Numbered from the stretch's first letter, positions 9,302 to 19,972 are shown. The stretch is DNA of 64,000 bases from an uncultured Candidatus Saccharibacteria bacterium (GCA_964600985.1 CAZRJR010000001.1:235534-299533); one strand, 5' to 3'. The notes: generated by a model from the letters alone, not told the origin. Made by a program: numbers and translations.

Positions 9302-10939
9302 ATGAATAGTAGAGCGGCAAGTCCTTACACGGTTGAGGAATTCACGGCCGATGAGGAGGTGATTCTTCGACGATTCTTCACGAACGTTGATCTGCCAGTT
9401 TTTGCCATCAGCGGTCTACCTGAGGTGGTGTCCGCAGCGCTATTTGCTCGGTACTCGCGTACTCCGAAGAGTCTCCGACGTCTCTTCCTGGATGAGTTCT
9501 ACGAGAATCTCACTCATAATGACGAGACACCCGCGGTTGCGGCTGGTCTGCGACGTGCAAGTGAGTTGTTTGACAAAGTTTTCTTCGAGTATGGAGACGA
9601 CTCAGTTGGGCAGCTGGGGGGCGTGCACTTGGCGTGTGAACAGGCAAGCAACTTGCTTACCAAGATCCTTGAGTGGGGCCGGCTCATGGCGTATTTGGAG
9701 CAGTCCACTCGCTATATCTCCTACGGAGATCGAGTTGACGGCCAGTTCCGCTACTACCGAGATCCAGAGATTCTTGCTCACCCCGTGCTTGGTCCGGATT
9801 ACCTCAGCGTGATGGATGCCACATTCGAGGACTACATCTCCTTGGCGGCTGATCTGTTGCCGGCCTGTATGGAGCTGCATCCCCGCAAGGAAGGAGACAC
9901 CGACGCGGCACATCGTCGGGCGATGCAAGCAAAGGTTCTGGATAACGTCCGGGGGTTGCTGCCCGCAGCAACCGTCTCGAACATGGGCATCTATGGCACT
10001 GGTCAAGCATTCGAGAACATGCTCATGCGTATGCGCAGTTTGGCATTGCCAGAAGCACGCACGTATGCGGACATGATGCTCGCGGAGCTTCGCAAGGTGA
10101 TTAGCCCATTCATGAGTAGGGTTGATTTGCCGGATCGGGGCAACCTCACCAGTGCCTACCTCGAGAGAAATAGAGAGGAAACAAGGCGCTTAGCCGAGCA
10201 GCTTTTGGCCGAGGAAGCAATCGAACCAACGCCTGAAGTCGTGCTGCTTGATTTTGACCCCGACATCGAAGTCAAACTGGTGGCCGCAATTTTGGCTGAG
10301 TCTACCCACTATGGGGAAGCCCAGCTACGTAGTCGTGTTGCTCAAATGTCAGTACAGGATCGACTCGCTGTGCTGATGACCTACTTCGGCGACCGGTCTG
10401 TAAACCGTCGTCATAAGCCGGGTCGGCATCTTGAGCTGGGCATGTATCGCTTTGAGGTGCTGAGCAACTACGGTGCTTTCCGCGACCTCCAACGTCATCG
10501 CATGATGACGATTACCTGGCAGTCGCTTACACCGGTTCACGGTTTTGCAATACCAGCATTGGTTGAGGTGGCTGGGAAGCAAGATCAGTACGTGGCTGTG
10601 TTGGAGCGACAAGCCGGTCTGTACGAACGCCTTGCAGACTCGTTTCCAGAGGACGCTCAACCTCAGTACGCACTCGGGTTTGCCTTCAATATGCGGTACG
10701 CAATTGAGATCAACGCTCGAGCATTGACACATATGCTCGAACTTAGAACTCAAGCCGCTGGTCACGACGACTATCGGCGGGTTTGCCAGGAAATGCATCG
10801 ACAAATCGCACAGTTGCCTGGTCACCAGGCGATTGCAGCGATGATGCGCCATGTTGACTATGACCGCTACGACTTAGGTCGGCTCGCTGCAGAAGAGCGA
10901 CTCGAAGCCAAGCGTGCGGCGCAACTGGACGGCGAGTAG
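9302..10939 (+). CDS. thyX: FAD-dependent thymidylate synthase ThyX, double-length (tandem/fused) form
   Basis: C-terminal half carries the ThyX signature RHRMMTITWQS (RHRX7S). The N-terminal half is ThyX-like but degenerate. 545 aa versus ~230 for a typical ThyX. Confidence 0.75.
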   Translation: MNSRAASPYTVEEFTADEEVILRRFFTNVDLPVFAISGLPEVVSAALFARYSRTPKSLRRLFLDEFYENLTHNDETPAVAAGLRRASELFDKVFFEYGDDSVGQLGGVHLACEQASNLLTKILEWGRLMAYLEQSTRYISYGDRVDGQFRYYRDPEILAHPVLGPDYLSVMDATFEDYISLAADLLPACMELHPRKEGDTDAAHRRAMQAKVLDNVRGLLPAATVSNMGIYGTGQAFENMLMRMRSLALPEARTYADMMLAELRKVISPFMSRVDLPDRGNLTSAYLERNREETRRLAEQLLAEEAIEPTPEVVLLDFDPDIEVKLVAAILAESTHYGEAQLRSRVAQMSVQDRLAVLMTYFGDRSVNRRHKPGRHLELGMYRFEVLSNYGAFRDLQRHRMMTITWQSLTPVHGFAIPALVEVAGKQDQYVAVLERQAGLYERLADSFPEDAQPQYALGFAFNMRYAIEINARALTHMLELRTQAAGHDDYRRVCQEMHRQIAQLPGHQAIAAMMRHVDYDRYDLGRLAAEERLEAKRAAQLDGE

Positions 10940-11002
10940 CCGTAAGTGGCCCTGGGGGAAACTCCGGGGTCACAGCCATTCCTTATACTGTATACTTAGA
11001 CT

Positions 11003-12256
11003 ATGAACAAAATATTCAGTCTTACCAAAAGTGAGTTTGCTCGTCAGCGCGACACCCTTAATTTGATAGCGAGCGAGAACTACCCTTCGCAAAAAGTACT
11101 CGATTTGCTAGGGTCGGTTTGGCAGAATCGCTATAGCGAAGGCTACCCGGGTAAGCGTTACTATGCCGGTCAAGTATATACCGACGAGCTCGAAACATAT
11201 GTGCAACAGTTAGCACTGCGCGCATTCGATCCTACGGGCGAGTACGGCGTAAATGTGCAATTGCTTTCTGGCTCGCCGGCCAATGCCATGGTGTACATGG
11301 CGGCCCTGAACCCCGGCGACACCATATTGAGCATAAAGCTGAGTAATGGTGGGCATCTGAGCCACCTGCATGAAACCAGTGCCTATAATAAGTTTTATAA
11401 ACATGTTACCTACGATGTGGTGGAATCTTCCCCTGGCGTATTTGAGATAGATGTAGCTGACTTCGAAGCCCAGCTTAAAAAGCACAAGCCCCAACTAACT
11501 ATCATTGGCTTTTCCGCTTACCCACGAGCATACGACTGTGCTCGGCTTTGCCGCCTAGCGCACGAGCATGGTAGCTTGGTACTGGCCGACATTGCCCACA
11601 TTGCAGGCTTGGTGGCGGCTGGTTTGCATAGTAGTCCGTTTAGGGCCGACCAAGACGGCGCGGACTACATTACCATGACTACGCACAAAACCTTGCGAGG
11701 TCCACGTGGTGCTCTCGTCTTTGGCAAAAAAGACCATATGGAAATGTTTAATAAGACGGTTTTTCCAGGTACGAGTGGCGGACCACATATGCACCAAGTA
11801 GCCGCTACCGGTCAGGCATTGCTCGAGGTTTTGGGAGAAGACCAGCACCCAGATGGGGTGACATTTGCAACCTACTGCGCGCAAGTAATTAAGAACGCCC
11901 AGGCGTTGGAGCGTGGAGTGCGTTCGGGGGGCCTAACGATCGTGAGCCCCACTCAGACTCACTTAAGCCTAATTCGCTTGCCTGAGGAAAGTGATAGCCT
12001 TGCCGCTCAGCAACAGCTCGAACAGCTGGGCATAGTTCTGAACCGCAATATGGTCTTTAACGATCCTAAATCAGCCTGGCGACCAAGTGGACTCAGGGTA
12101 GGCACAGCGGCACTTACGAGTCGTGGGCTAAACGAGATGCAGGCTGAAGCATTGGGCAGCCTCGTGGCTGGCGTGGTGCAGAGCTCACTAAGCGACAAGC
12201 AAGCTCGCGTCCAGGTGCAAAAGATGGTGAGTGAACTCGCTTGGTGGTACATCTAG
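11003..12256 (+). CDS. glyA: serine hydroxymethyltransferase
   Basis: LIASENY and TTHKTLRGPRG (PLP-lysine) motifs. Confidence 0.9.
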   Translation: MNKIFSLTKSEFARQRDTLNLIASENYPSQKVLDLLGSVWQNRYSEGYPGKRYYAGQVYTDELETYVQQLALRAFDPTGEYGVNVQLLSGSPANAMVYMAALNPGDTILSIKLSNGGHLSHLHETSAYNKFYKHVTYDVVESSPGVFEIDVADFEAQLKKHKPQLTIIGFSAYPRAYDCARLCRLAHEHGSLVLADIAHIAGLVAAGLHSSPFRADQDGADYITMTTHKTLRGPRGALVFGKKDHMEMFNKTVFPGTSGGPHMHQVAATGQALLEVLGEDQHPDGVTFATYCAQVIKNAQALERGVRSGGLTIVSPTQTHLSLIRLPEESDSLAAQQQLEQLGIVLNRNMVFNDPKSAWRPSGLRVGTAALTSRGLNEMQAEALGSLVAGVVQSSLSDKQARVQVQKMVSELAWWYI

Positions 12257-12270
12257 GCAGCGCCTGGGCA

Positions 12271-12299
12271 TTGACCACAACATAGTAATCTGGTACTAT
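12271..12299 (+). promoter_or_regulatory. candidate promoter (TTGACC-N17-TACTAT) ahead of a ~230-nt rplJ leader
   Basis: Hexamers read directly. The long untranslated leader before rplJ is consistent with an L10(L12)4 autoregulatory leader. Confidence 0.4.
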
Positions 12300-12533
12300 A
12301 CTTGCAGTGAACCAAAGACCGTAGCCGGCAAGCGAACATCGTGTTAGAGCGCTGCCTTAATCTGCTACGAGAGGCGAGAAGCAATATATAGTGTGTAGTA
12401 TGTGATCATATATACACTTAAGGAAGCATTTCAACTCTTTGGTGAACGCCAAAGTTTTTTTGTTTTGTTGGCGCGAGCGCGCTGGTCGAAGGCAAACAAA
12501 GCACCTATCACTATTAACAAAAGGGTTTTCAAT

Positions 12534-13070
12534 ATGGCAAAAACTCGCGAACGAAAAGAAGCTGACGTAGCCAAAATGTCCGAACTCTTTACGAGCTCTA
12601 AGCTCGCAGTGCTAACCGATTACCGTGGCCTCGATGTCCCGGCAATTAACGAACTGCGCTCTAAGCTCAGAGATTCTGGCATTACCTACACAGTTGCTAA
12701 AAACACCCTGGTAAAGCTTGCCCTGGCTAATGCCCCGCAAAAAGACACCGATACTTCGGTACTCACCGGACCAATGGCGATTGCTTTTGGCGCCGACGAA
12801 GTGGTGGCGGCTAAGATTGTGGCGGAGTTTGCTAAGGAGTACGAGGCGCTCGATATTATCGGTGCGATCACCGACGAGGGTGTAGTGCTTACCAAAGCTG
12901 AAGTTAAGGCATTGGCCTCACTGCCAAGCCGCGAGCAGCTCATTGCTCAGTTGGTTGGCACAATTGCTGCACCACTATCTGGCTTTGTGCGAGTGCTTAA
13001 CGGCAACTTATCGGGTATTGTGTACGCAATTTCAGCAATCCAAGAAAAGAAAGCTGCTCAGGCTAGCTAA
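12534..13070 (+). CDS. rplJ: 50S ribosomal protein L10
   Basis: Start MAKTRERKEADV, L10 fold motifs, directly upstream of rplL. Confidence 0.9.
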   Translation: MAKTRERKEADVAKMSELFTSSKLAVLTDYRGLDVPAINELRSKLRDSGITYTVAKNTLVKLALANAPQKDTDTSVLTGPMAIAFGADEVVAAKIVAEFAKEYEALDIIGAITDEGVVLTKAEVKALASLPSREQLIAQLVGTIAAPLSGFVRVLNGNLSGIVYAISAIQEKKAAQAS

Positions 13071-13094
13071 CGAAATAACGTAAGGAGAAATATT

Positions 13095-13535
13095 ATGGCA
13101 GACGAAGTAAAAGAAACTGCAGAAGTAGTAGAAGAAAAAGCTAAAACCGAAGTTCCAGAAAAGTTCAAAGGCCTAGTAGGTGAGATCGAAAAGCTCAGCG
13201 TACTTGACTTATCTGAACTCGTTAAAGTACTTGAAGATCACTTTGGTGTAAGCGCTGCTGCCCCTATGGCTGTAGCAGCTGCCCCAGCTGCCGCTGGCGA
13301 AGCTGCCGCCGCGGAAGAGGAAAAGGCTAATTACGATATTGTTCTTACCGCCGCTGGCGACAAGAAGATCGAAGTGATTAAGGCTGTTCGAGAAATCTCT
13401 GGCCTTGGTTTGGCTGAGAGTAAAGCGCTTGTAGATGCTGCGCCAAAGACGGTTAAGGAAGCTGCTCCTAGGGCAGAGGCCGACGAAGCTAAGGCTAAGC
13501 TTGAAGCTGCCGGTGCTACCGTAGAGCTTCAGTAA
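13095..13535 (+). CDS. rplL: 50S ribosomal protein L7/L12
   Basis: Ala-rich hinge and conserved C-terminal domain ([24 protein letters not shown]). Confidence 0.95.
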   Translation: MADEVKETAEVVEEKAKTEVPEKFKGLVGEIEKLSVLDLSELVKVLEDHFGVSAAAPMAVAAAPAAAGEAAAAEEEKANYDIVLTAAGDKKIEVIKAVREISGLGLAESKALVDAAPKTVKEAAPRAEADEAKAKLEAAGATVELQ

Positions 13536-13544
13536 GCTTTACGC

Positions 13545-13600
13545 AGTTCTAGCAAAAAAGAGGCCCTGGAGAGATCCGGGTCACTTTTTTGTGTTGACTC
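13545..13600 (+). terminator. probable terminator after rplL (GC-rich hairpin flanked by an A-tract and a T-tract)
   Basis: aaaaaagaggccctggagagatccgggtcactttttt. The exact stem was not resolved by eye. Confidence 0.4.
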
Positions 13601-13683
13601 AACTAGTGAAGAATAATCGCTCACCAGGTTGGCATTTTGTAACTAAAGTGTTACACTAAGGCAAATCAGATAAAACATATCTT

Positions 13684-14232
13684 ATGACAGAAAAAGACAA
13701 ACAACAGATAAATCTTCAGGCATTGGCTAACCAGCTTGAATCGGCCGAGTCAAGCTTACGTGAGGTGCATCGTCTCATTCAGGAGCTGGGGGTAAAGCCA
13801 GAGGATCTACCAGAGCCCAAGGCTGCTCGTGCACCACGGGCTCCGCAAGGCGTAACGGCCGTGGCAGGCAAGGTGATCGAGGGCAAGTTCGACGGACAGC
13901 ATATGATTGGGGCCGACAGTAAGTCTTACCCAGTGCCAGCCAACTATGCCTCTAAGTCAAAGCTCGTTGAGGGCGACACACTCAAGCTCACCATTGCCGA
14001 AGATGGCTCATTTATTTATAAGCAAATTGGTCCGATTGAGCGCAAAAAGTTGATCGGCAAGCTCATACTCGAAGATGGCCAGTACAGGGTAGAAGCCGGT
14101 GGTCAGCGCTATAATGTATTGTTTGCAAGCGTCACGTACTTTAAGGGCAATCCAGGAGACGAGGTAACGATCGTAACGCCAGCAAATGGCCAGGCATCTT
14201 GGGCGGCGATCGAAGCAATTATTGGTGCTTAG
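13684..14232 (+). CDS. hypothetical protein
   Basis: 182-aa ORF with an RBS-like context. No recognisable motif. Confidence 0.45.
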   Translation: MTEKDKQQINLQALANQLESAESSLREVHRLIQELGVKPEDLPEPKAARAPRAPQGVTAVAGKVIEGKFDGQHMIGADSKSYPVPANYASKSKLVEGDTLKLTIAEDGSFIYKQIGPIERKKLIGKLILEDGQYRVEAGGQRYNVLFASVTYFKGNPGDEVTIVTPANGQASWAAIEAIIGA

Positions 14233-14320
14233 CTGTCCGTTAAGCGCGTGCTTCACTTGTAGATGTGGCGCTCCGGGCGCTATAATAAGTATGACGAATT
14301 AGAAGTGAACTGGAGGGGTT

Positions 14321-15781
14321 TTGTCTCGTATTGCGTTATATCGCAAATATCGTTCGGCCGACTTTGCCGATGTGGTGGGCCAGCAGCACGTTACTCGCAC
14401 GCTCGAAGCTGCCGTGCAACGTGGGCTGATTAGCCATGCTTACTTGCTGACCGGTCCGCGTGGTGTGGGTAAAACAAGCATCGCGCGGATACTGGCTCGA
14501 CGAGTCAATGAGCTGCCGTTAGACGCCGACATAGGCCGCGAGCTAGACATCATCGAGATCGATGCTGCCTCTAACCGTGGAATAGACGAGATGCGTTCAT
14601 TGCGCGAAAAGATCGTGAGTGCACCAACGACTTTGCGATACAAGGTATACATAGTCGACGAGGTACATATGCTCACGCGCGAGGCGTTCAATGCCCTGCT
14701 CAAGACGCTCGAAGAGCCACCAGCTCATGCGATTTTTATCCTTGCTACCACCGAAGCACACAAGTTACCCGAGACTATCATCTCGCGCACCCAGCGCTTT
14801 GATCTGCGGCCCATTACCGAGGCTGACCTGGTGAGCCGACTTGCAGTAATTGCCGAAAGCGAGGGGATTAGCATAGAGCAGCCTGCTCTCAAGATGATCG
14901 CTCACGCTAGTAGGGGCGGCTTTCGCGATGCCATAAGCCTGCTAGATCAGCTGTCGGTTGCGAATGAGAGTATAGGTGTACAGCACGTGGCGGCTACGCT
15001 TGGCATGGTGGCAGAAGAGGATATTCAGGCACTGCTCGCTGCGATGGGCAAACATGATACAGTAACCTTATTCGCGCAGCTAGAAGCGATGATCGGTGCG
15101 GGCAATGATCCCCAGAGCCTTACAAGACAGCTTTTAGACGCGCTACGAATCAGTCTTATAGCGCGGGTCGGGAAGAAGTCTACAGATACTAAGTTGTCAC
15201 TGGACCAGATTGCTTGGGCTGTAAGCTGTTTAACCAAGGCCATGGCGGATTTTAAGATAACCCAGCATTATAGCTTGCCACTGGAGCTTGCCCTATACCG
15301 AGCTACTCAGCAGTCAGGGGTTGGTACTGCAATCCAGACGAAAGCTAAGTCGCACGTGGCGACTCAACCGTCCGCTTCGCCTACGCCCCAGACTACTTCG
15401 CCGTCACCACAAGCCAGCAAATCTAAACCCAGCCGGCAGCCCGAGGTGGTGAATGTTGACACCGAGAGTCTATGCACCAAAGGACTGAGCTTAATCAAGG
15501 AACGTAATAATTCGCTTTATGCGGTGATGCGCTCAGCTAACCCGCGGATGGAGGGTGATACCCTGGTTTTGGAATGTCGGTTTAGTTTTCATAAGGAGCG
15601 CATCGAGGAACAAAAGAACCGGATGCTGATCGAGCAGATTATGAGCAAAACCTTTGGCCACGACATCACGCTCGATTGTCGTTTGAGCAAGCCAGAAACT
15701 ACGCACAGTGAAGTTGATAGCGAAAAGGAGCTAGTGGCTTCAGCACTCGAAATATTGGGAGGTGAGGTGGTAAATGGCTAA
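14321..15781 (+). CDS. dnaX: DNA polymerase III subunit gamma/tau
   Basis: Walker A GPRGVGKTS, SRC-like motif and clamp-loader box order. TTG start. Confidence 0.9.
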   Translation: MSRIALYRKYRSADFADVVGQQHVTRTLEAAVQRGLISHAYLLTGPRGVGKTSIARILARRVNELPLDADIGRELDIIEIDAASNRGIDEMRSLREKIVSAPTTLRYKVYIVDEVHMLTREAFNALLKTLEEPPAHAIFILATTEAHKLPETIISRTQRFDLRPITEADLVSRLAVIAESEGISIEQPALKMIAHASRGGFRDAISLLDQLSVANESIGVQHVAATLGMVAEEDIQALLAAMGKHDTVTLFAQLEAMIGAGNDPQSLTRQLLDALRISLIARVGKKSTDTKLSLDQIAWAVSCLTKAMADFKITQHYSLPLELALYRATQQSGVGTAIQTKAKSHVATQPSASPTPQTTSPSPQASKSKPSRQPEVVNVDTESLCTKGLSLIKERNNSLYAVMRSANPRMEGDTLVLECRFSFHKERIEEQKNRMLIEQIMSKTFGHDITLDCRLSKPETTHSEVDSEKELVASALEILGGEVVNG

Positions 15782-17132
15782 GGCTGCTGCTACAACTAAG
15801 TCGGGCGATAAGCTCCCACCGCAGAATTTGCAGGCCGAGGCTAGTTTGCTTGGCTCCCTTATGCTGGACAAGGACGCTATTATTAAAGTGGCCGATGTCG
15901 TGCATGGTGATGACTTTTACGCCACCAAGAACCGACTTATTTTCGAAGCAATCTTGAGCTTATATGAAAAGCGTGAGCCACTCGATGTGGTTACACTTTC
16001 TAACAAGCTTGAAACCATGGGCGAGCTAGAAAACGTTGGTGGGGCTACCTACCTAACTAGTTTGGTTAATGGCGTGCCGTCGGCAGCCCATGTTGCCAAC
16101 TATGGCCAGATTGTGGCTCAAAAGGCTACACTACGTCGGCTGATCACGGCTGCCAACATGATTGGCAACATGGCTTACGATGAAGATCAACCCCTCGATG
16201 GGCTGCTCGACGGCGCAGAGCAGGTACTATTTGATGTGTCGCAAAAACATCTCAAACAGAACTTTACTTCGATGAAGGAAGTACTGGCTGATAGCTTTGA
16301 CCGACTTGACTCGCTCCACAAAGACAAAGGTAAGCTGCGCGGTTTGCCAACTGGCTTCCGGGGCTTGGACAACATCTTAGCTGGGCTGCAGAAGTCAGAC
16401 CTGCTTATATTGGCTGCACGACCGGCTATGGGCAAGTCTACCTTGGCGTTAAACATTGCCCAAAATGTGGCAATTAAGCAGGGTGTCCCGGTCGGGGTAT
16501 TTAGTTTAGAAATGAGTAAAGAGCAACTAGTAGACCGCCTATTGGCAGCTGAAGCAGGCATTGACTCATGGCGTTTACGCACGGGTAATTTGGAAGATAA
16601 AGACTTCGAAAAACTCAATAAAGCCATGGGTACCTTGGCGGAAGCACCGATATACTTTGACGATTCGGCGATGGCGAATGTAATGGAAATGCGTACCAAA
16701 GCACGACGCTTGCAAAGCGAGAATGATTTGGGCTTGATCGTTATCGACTATTTGCAGCTTATGAGTGGGCGCAATAACGGTGGCGAAAACCGAGTGCAGG
16801 AAATATCAGAAATCTCTCGTGGACTTAAGGGTTTAGCGCGTGAGTTAGACATCCCGGTTATTGCACTGTCGCAGCTGTCACGCGAAGTAGAGAAGCGCAG
16901 CCCACAAATACCCCAGCTATCTGATTTGCGGGAGTCGGGCTCGATCGAGCAGGACGCGGACGTAGTTATGTTTATTTACCGTGACGAATACTACCATCCG
17001 CAAGATACCGAGAAGCCCAACACGGCCGAAATTATCATTGCCAAGCACCGTAACGGACCGACTGGACATGTGGATCTTTACTTCAAAGCTGACGAAATGC
17101 GCTTTAAGAACCTCGACAAAGCTCATTCTTAG
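15774..17132 (+). CDS. dnaB: replicative DNA helicase
   Basis: DnaB N-terminal domain (LPPQNLQAEASLLGS) and RecA-like core (ARPAMGKST). Confidence 0.9.
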   Translation: MAKAAATTKSGDKLPPQNLQAEASLLGSLMLDKDAIIKVADVVHGDDFYATKNRLIFEAILSLYEKREPLDVVTLSNKLETMGELENVGGATYLTSLVNGVPSAAHVANYGQIVAQKATLRRLITAANMIGNMAYDEDQPLDGLLDGAEQVLFDVSQKHLKQNFTSMKEVLADSFDRLDSLHKDKGKLRGLPTGFRGLDNILAGLQKSDLLILAARPAMGKSTLALNIAQNVAIKQGVPVGVFSLEMSKEQLVDRLLAAEAGIDSWRLRTGNLEDKDFEKLNKAMGTLAEAPIYFDDSAMANVMEMRTKARRLQSENDLGLIVIDYLQLMSGRNNGGENRVQEISEISRGLKGLARELDIPVIALSQLSREVEKRSPQIPQLSDLRESGSIEQDADVVMFIYRDEYYHPQDTEKPNTAEIIIAKHRNGPTGHVDLYFKADEMRFKNLDKAHS

Positions 17133-17195
17133 CTCATTTACTAATTACTACGAATTCCAGTATAATGTGGAGTAACTAAAAGCATAAGGATTACG

Positions 17196-17672
17196 GTGGG
17201 TAAGAGGCAGGTTTTGCGAGCAAAGATAACAGGTGAGGTGGGGCGGTTTGGTCTAGTCGGAGTACTTAATACTTTGCTCGACATTGTACTGGTGAATATC
17301 CTGACACAAATTTTTGGAGTCGCACTCATTGCGGCTGGACTCATCTCTGGCACCGTCGCCATGATTAATAGCTTTATATTTAACCAGCGCTTTACCTTTA
17401 AGGTTCGCAAAGTGTCACCAGCTCGCACCCTGTACTTCTTCGCTATTACAATGTTCGGGCTATATGTAATCCGCCCGCTTATTCTGCAGTTCTTTACTAA
17501 GCAGTGGCTAAGTCCGGGTGAGCTTGTTTACAGCGTTACAAGTGCCCTACACTTGCCATTTAGTCATAGCTTTGATGTAAATAATTTTGCTTTAGCCATG
17601 GCAATCATTGTGGTGTTGGGTTATAACTTTATAATGTACCGCAAGTTTGTATTTATAAAGGACGAGGCGTGA
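17196..17672 (+). CDS. GtrA-family membrane protein
   Basis: Small 4-TM protein with a GtrA-like N-terminus (RFGLVGVLNTLLDI) heading a glycosyltransferase operon. Confidence 0.6.
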   Translation: MGKRQVLRAKITGEVGRFGLVGVLNTLLDIVLVNILTQIFGVALIAAGLISGTVAMINSFIFNQRFTFKVRKVSPARTLYFFAITMFGLYVIRPLILQFFTKQWLSPGELVYSVTSALHLPFSHSFDVNNFALAMAIIVVLGYNFIMYRKFVFIKDEA

Positions 17673-19216
17673 AGGGTAAATCAGCTCTCAGTGGTCTGAA
17701 TAAATGGCTCGGCACTGTGCTTCTGGTTGCAATAATGGTATTAGCTGCGACGTTTAGGCTGTATCAACTTTCGAGTTTGCCACCTGGTATACATCCGAGC
17801 GAAGCAGGCTGGGCAGTGGTCTCATTTAAGCTTGCCCAAAATCACTCATTCGGCACATTACTGGGTAACTCAATGACCGGCTTTGCCGCGCCAGTGGCTG
17901 CTGGCGCTATTGTAGCTAGTGTAGTGAAATCTTTCGTGGCCCTTCGGTATCTCAACGCAGTTTGGGGTGTCCTTATGGTGCTCGGATTGTATTTGTGGAT
18001 CAAAGACGGCTTTGGGCGTAGAGCGGCACTATTGGCAAGCTTGGTTGCTGCTATAAGCCCCTGGGCAGTAACCTTGTCGCGAAACGTCTGGCCCATTAAC
18101 TTAGCTCTCGCGGCTCTCGTTTGGCTGTGTTTCTTTGCTCAACGCGCATACAAGACTGGCAAATGGGGCTATACGTTGGCAGCAGCTGGCACCATGATCC
18201 TTGGCTGTTTTAGCGCACGAGTTTTTTGGGTGGTACCAGTACTATTTTTGCTTTATGCCATTATACTTTTAGCCAAAGGCAAGTTAGGTAAGCTTAAAGC
18301 CCAAAGCTCAGTAGTAACTGTGGCTTTTATGTTGTTCGCAGTAGTGCCATTAGTTGTACTGGGGTTCCTAGGCAAAGGTAGTCCTGCAGCTGGATTAGTG
18401 CGCACTAATTTATCTCATACCGAAGGGTCAGTGGGTGTAGTTAAGGTAAGCCTGGAGAACGCCGGCAAAACTGCACTAATGTTCTTTACCGCTGGGGATG
18501 AAGACTACAGTAGAAACTTGGGCGGCTTGCCAATGTTCAATACCTTCGCCGGGCTTATGCTCTTACTCGGCGTGCTCTTAGCAGTTAAATACCGTCACCG
18601 CTTCGGCTACATGTTTGTGGTAATGGGTTTTGGGGCACTACTGCTTCCGGCAATCATTGGCGTGGGTGTATCGGCGCCCGATGCCTATAGATCGGCCCTA
18701 GCTATGCCATTTGCCTTTGCGCTCGCAGGACTTGGCACTAACTACCTACTAACCCGCTGGTATATGATGTTCCCCATCAATACTACGGCCCGCAACCTTG
18801 GATTAAGCTTTGTGTTGCTCCTTATGTTGCTCTCGGCTTACCAGGGATACCGGCAGTACTTCATCGCCTGGGCGCAGGATCCTCTTACAGTTAGAGCATA
18901 TCGTGACGACCTAGTCTCGGTGGCGGACTATCAAAAGCAACAATCTGGCAAAGTCTATGTAGTGGCTACAGGCGAGGAACTAGCAGTTGTAGCGGCTCAT
19001 AACACCTCTGGGGTAGCAGATGGATTGGGCGGTAGTATAGAGGGCCTCGAGCAGCTGCCTCTAAGCTCAAAACCTCGTTATGTTGTAATTCCTCGCGGCG
19101 ATAAGCAAGCCAGTATAAAACAGCGTGTGGCGGCTAAATTCCCAGGCGGTAAGTTTGTGGCGCAAAATTCAACCTTTGACGATGCGCCGGCATTCGTGTG
19201 GTACAAAACACCATGA
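17669..19216 (+). CDS. GT-C fold membrane glycosyltransferase (ArnT/PMT-like, family 39/83)
   Basis: 515 aa, more than 10 TM helices. The start overlaps the GtrA stop and the end overlaps the GT2 start. Confidence 0.55.
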   Translation: MKGKSALSGLNKWLGTVLLVAIMVLAATFRLYQLSSLPPGIHPSEAGWAVVSFKLAQNHSFGTLLGNSMTGFAAPVAAGAIVASVVKSFVALRYLNAVWGVLMVLGLYLWIKDGFGRRAALLASLVAAISPWAVTLSRNVWPINLALAALVWLCFFAQRAYKTGKWGYTLAAAGTMILGCFSARVFWVVPVLFLLYAIILLAKGKLGKLKAQSSVVTVAFMLFAVVPLVVLGFLGKGSPAAGLVRTNLSHTEGSVGVVKVSLENAGKTALMFFTAGDEDYSRNLGGLPMFNTFAGLMLLLGVLLAVKYRHRFGYMFVVMGFGALLLPAIIGVGVSAPDAYRSALAMPFAFALAGLGTNYLLTRWYMMFPINTTARNLGLSFVLLLMLLSAYQGYRQYFIAWAQDPLTVRAYRDDLVSVADYQKQQSGKVYVVATGEELAVVAAHNTSGVADGLGGSIEGLEQLPLSSKPRYVVIPRGDKQASIKQRVAAKFPGGKFVAQNSTFDDAPAFVWYKTP

Positions 19217-19965
19217 CACAGCCCGAGCTTTCTATTATCATTCCTGCCTACAACGAGGCGGAGCGAATCGGCGAATCAATAGCAAGCTTAGCTAAGTTTC
19301 TGACGTCGCGTAACTACGGCGAAGTAGAGGTAATTATAATATCCCAGGATCCACATACTCACCGGCTGGCTGCGCTGGAGTGTAAAGATCATAAGGGGTT
19401 CCGTAGCATGGAGCTGCGAGAACGGGCCGGCAAGGGCGGTGCTGTGCGGATTGGTATCTACGAGGCCAAGGGTCGCTATAAGTTGTTTATGGATGCTGAT
19501 TTGGCGACGCCGCTACATCATTTAGATGAGGTGAGACAATACATGGAGAAGGGTAGCGATGTAATCATTGGTGTACGCCATATTAATGTAACCCATACGG
19601 GAGTACGTAAATTCATCTCCGAGTTTGGTAACTTACTTACGCGAGTGTTGCTTACGCCGGGGATTAAAGACACACAGTGCGGTTTTAAAGCCTTTGAGGC
19701 GGAGGTAGCAACCCAGCTATTCGGTCGCCAGCAAATTACTGGCTGGGCGTTCGATATGGAGATTCTCGCCATAGCCCATAAGCTTAAGTATAAGATCGAT
19801 GTTATTACTGCCGACGATTGGCATGATCCTAAGACCGAAGGTCTTGTAGGAGACAGCAACGCCAAGGCTGCTATTGAGTCAGGTATAGATATGCTCAAAA
19901 TTAAGTGGCGCATGATCACCGGGCAATACAAACGCATTAGCTTTCGCTATAACCCCAAAAATTAA
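19198..19965 (+). CDS. GT2 glycosyltransferase (polyprenol-phosphate sugar synthase-like)
   Basis: LSIIIPAYNEAERI, DADL (DxD) motif, ~250 aa. Confidence 0.75.
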   Translation: MVQNTMTQPELSIIIPAYNEAERIGESIASLAKFLTSRNYGEVEVIIISQDPHTHRLAALECKDHKGFRSMELRERAGKGGAVRIGIYEAKGRYKLFMDADLATPLHHLDEVRQYMEKGSDVIIGVRHINVTHTGVRKFISEFGNLLTRVLLTPGIKDTQCGFKAFEAEVATQLFGRQQITGWAFDMEILAIAHKLKYKIDVITADDWHDPKTEGLVGDSNAKAAIESGIDMLKIKWRMITGQYKRISFRYNPKN

Positions 19966-19972
19966 CCGAGGT

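Noticed and set aside
9387-10852. Multiple ORFs on both strands inside thyX
   Set aside because: Internal or antisense to a CDS with the diagnostic ThyX motif. The slightly elevated GC makes these shadow ORFs.
16187-16699. 170-aa minus-strand ORF inside dnaB
   Set aside because: Antisense to a highly conserved helicase gene. Shadow ORF.
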